A DNA stretch of 64,000 bases. It comes from Curvularia clavata (Eukaryota). Below, in pieces: positions 61,031-64,000 of the stretch. The position numbers and the translations under genes were made by a program. The notes below the pieces were generated by a model that saw only the letters and a program-made list of their open reading frames with translations, did no database searches and had not been told where the DNA came from. The DNA is taken from assembly GCA_023920165.1 (NCBI GenBank), contig CP089274.1, positions 4,402,001 to 4,466,000 on the forward strand. Reading direction: 5' to 3'. Positions within the stretch are counted from its first letter, which is position 1, and each line of letters begins with the position of its first letter.

Positions 61031-64000
61031 CTATTCTCTAGGTTCGGAGTAGCCAACAGTGCATATCCATACTCTACCAAACGCTGTGCCAATTGCAATT
61101 CTGTTATTCTTAACAGTTGAGAATTGGGCGCGATACTCTGGAGGGATCCAGAGAGTTTTCTCTCTATTTTGAAAGACCCAGCTGGTGGTCAAGCCTATTT
61201 CTCCACCAACATCATGTGTAAAGTCAAGATTAATGTTGCTAGCGGTGCCAACAACAGAGGCGTTGACAAGAAATTTACCCTTATCGGTAATGATAAGTGC
61301 TCCATCGGGCGAGAAAGCTACTGAGTTGACAGGGCCTCTGTAATGCCCCGCGAGCGTCTGTAGACACTGCCCACTGTGCGCGTCCCATACCTTGACTGTC
61401 TTGTCTGATGCCGACGCTAGCCTTGCTCCATCGGGTGAGAAGGCTATTGAGTAGAAGACGCCGTGCCCCTCAAGCGTCTGCAGACACTGCCCACTGTGCG
61501 CGTCCCATACCTTGACTGTCTTGTCCCGCGACGCTGACGCCAGCCTTGCTCCATCTGGCGAGAAAGCTACTGAGTTGACAGGGCCTCTGTAATGCCCCGC
61601 GAGCGTCTGCAGACACTGTCCACTGTGCGCGTCCCATATCTTGACTGTCTCGTCCCGCGACGCCGACGCTAGCCTTGCTCCATCGGGCGAGAAAGCTGCT
61701 GAGTAGACGGGGCCGCTGTGATGCCCCTCCAGCGTCTGCAGGCACTGCCCACTGTGCACATCCCATATCTTGACTGTCTTGTCCTCCGACGCCGACGCCA
61801 GTCTTGCTCCATCGGGTGAGAAGGCTGCTGAGTAGACGAAGTCGTTATGCCCCTCGAGCGTATGCAGACACTGCCCACTGTGCACATCCCATACCTTAAC
61901 TGTCTTGTCCCATGACGCCGACACTAGCCTTGCTCCATCAGGCGAGAAGGCTGCTGAGTGGACGGAGTCGTCATGCCCCTCGAGCGTATGCAGACACTGC
62001 CCACTATACATATCCCATACCTTAACTGTCTTGTCCCGCGACGCCGACGCCAGCTTTGTTCCATCGGGTGAGAAGGCTATTGAGTAGAAGACACCGTGCC
62101 CCTCAAGCGTCTGCAGACACTGCCCACTGTACGCATCCCATATCTTGACTGTCTTGTCCCATGACGCCGACGCTAGCCTTGCTCCATCGGGTGAGAAGGC
62201 TGCTGAGTAGACGAAGTCGTTATGCCCCTCGAGCGTATGCAGACACTGCCCACTGTGCGCGTCCCATATCTTGACTGTCTTGTCCCGCGACGCTGATGCC
62301 ACCCTTGCTCCATCTGGCGAGAAAGCTACTGATTTAACGGAGCCGCTATGCCCCTCGAGCGTCTGCAGACACGCGCTCCAGCTGTGTTCTAGATCTGGTA
62401 GGACATCCAATCCTTGTGCTTGGGATTTGAAAATATCTCTGATGATGCTCGTTTTAGGGCTGAACAGGATGCCTGATGTATAAATCTGCAATGGCCATCT
62501 TTTAATCATGCTCTTGTGATGCATGATGAAACGCCATGCGTCATTAATCAGTGCGATGAGTTCAGTCTGACTTTGACTTTTCTAGTCTCATTAGCGTACT
62601 TGCAATATTCTGTTAGTCTCAGCCATACCTGGACCAGTTGAAGCACTTTAGCAAGGGCTGTAATGCCTTGTTCTACGCTCTGGCACAGACTGAGCGCCTC
62701 AAGCCAGTATAGATATGTCTTCCTGAAAAATTGGTTGAGTTTGGATATGATTGCCAGCTCTCTTGTACCGCTGGCTGATAAGTCGGTATTCAACTCGCAG
62801 AGATGGTCCGCCCAGTGATTGCAAGAGTAGCGTACAGACACAAGAGGGTCCTGAGCAGGTATGCTGATATCCTCGCTAGCAATTGCTGGAATTTTAAGAT
62901 CATACATGTCCCTGTGCATTGTACTGAATAAGACTTCCATAGACTTCAGGAAGGTCGAACAATGGATAGCCTCTGCTCCATCCGGGAAGATCTGCAAGGC
63001 TGCTCTGGTGAGCAGAAAGTCCTTAGCTGATTGATGCACAAAGTAAACAATGCCTTCTCTTAGCGTGAGGAAAGATCCACAGAGAGCAACAATCTCCTCT
63101 ACATCGTCAGCATCCTTCTGAACTTGTTCAGCCAGAGTGACTAGCTCAGAGACAGTTATAGGTCGATACGAAATTGCAACCAATGCAAGAACTTGAAGAC
63201 AGGTTTCGGCATCCTCTGAACCAATAATCTGGCTCATCATTCTCTCATACAGGGCGTCTAGACCAGGTGGGAACTGCGTGAGCTTTTTCTGTACATGTCT
63301 TTTAGGTGTTTTCTCAAGGCTCTGACAAACTAACGCCACCCACAAGAAAGTGTCGTTAGCATTCAAGGTCAGATATCGGAGCACTTCCGCCTGCAGTTCT
63401 GGTGAATAATGCTTCTCTGTAGCTAGGTTGTTCACTTTTTGCTTAACAAAGGCGCCAACTGCCGTGGCTATCGCGTTCGCATTCAGCTCAAGACTTAGCT
63501 TCACTTTATGTCCTGCCCGCTCTAGCTGTGCTTCAATATCAGGCCAGTTGCGACTAGACACGATCCACTTAACGCGCGAGGATGCTGATGACTGTTGAGC
63601 CACAAAACCCAGCAGCTTTGGTAGGTCAGCGATGCACTCATCTAAAGCATCAACGACGAGATATGTCCTGCCTAGGCTTGGATCCTGAAGGATGTCTGTG
63701 AAGATGTCTCTCAGTGCTACCCATGCGTTTGCATCCTCAAATAGTTGTTTGCCTGCACACTCGTGTTGCTTTTGGATATGCGACGCCAGTAGTGGTTGTT
63801 GAGTTACAAGCATATACAGCAACCCTCGCAGTACCGCAACGGCATTATTAATGCGCGAGTCAGTCGCTTGGCAGAAGAAATACGCGACCGTTTCATTGTG
63901 TCTTGTAGTCTTTTGTATCTCGTTGATAATGCCGCATAGCAGCATCGTCTTGCCTTTGCCAGGGTCGCCCTTAACCCACAGTAGTCGACTAGTAGGATCT
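61031..64000 (-). CDS. HET-E/NWD-type NLR: NACHT plus highly conserved WD40 repeats (N-terminus outside window)
   Basis: Exons >64000-62629 and 62581-61031. LLWVKGDPGKGKT, YFFCQATD.RINNA, LVVDALDEC, KWIVSSRN, TFLWVALV, FVHQSAKDFL, YWLEALSL, PLQIY.S.ILFSP, then the WD array. Confidence 0.93.
61301..62374 (-). repeat. Tandem array of about 126-bp near-identical WD40 repeats (8 full plus 1 partial)
   Basis: Units of 42, 42, 41, 42, 42, 43, 43, 40 aa plus a 23-aa partial; consensus QCLQTLEGH..V.S.AFSPDGARLASAS.DKTVK.WD..SG. Confidence 0.95.

Noticed and set aside
61301..62374. Regular repeat array superficially resembling CRISPR or satellite DNA
   Set aside because: The units are in-frame WD40 coding repeats with no unique spacers, in a eukaryotic gene.

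Overview
Intron-rich genomic DNA of a filamentous ascomycete (GT-AG introns with CTAAC/CTGAC branch sites; gene style suggests Dothideomycetes/Pleosporales, which is inference). It holds about 22 protein-coding loci. A conserved core runs over about 1-30 kb and 41-54 kb: nucleoside hydrolase, Zn2Cys6 TF, SFH1, AA11 LPMO, SEC13, VPS37-like, a coiled-coil protein, COT1/CBK1 NDR kinase, RPB12, a PTH11-like protein, PUF6, SSK2 MAPKKK, ODC carrier and DNA2. Two accessory-looking blocks interrupt it. The first (about 30-41 kb) has a ricin-lectin TM protein, Gig1/DUF3605, a DHA1 MFS pump and a HET-domain protein. The second (about 54-64 kb) has a permease pseudogene and a convergent pair of NLR-like genes: SesB-like hydrolase-NACHT-ankyrin, and a HET-E-like NACHT-WD40 whose near-identical repeats vary in length. 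The best candidates for new biology are the NLR pair and its WD40 array, a hidden in-frame alternative C-terminal exon of SSK2, and a lectin-TM protein lacking a signal peptide. No tRNA, rRNA, CRISPR array or intact transposon was recognised. All exon models were built by eye and family calls are from motif recognition, not database searches.
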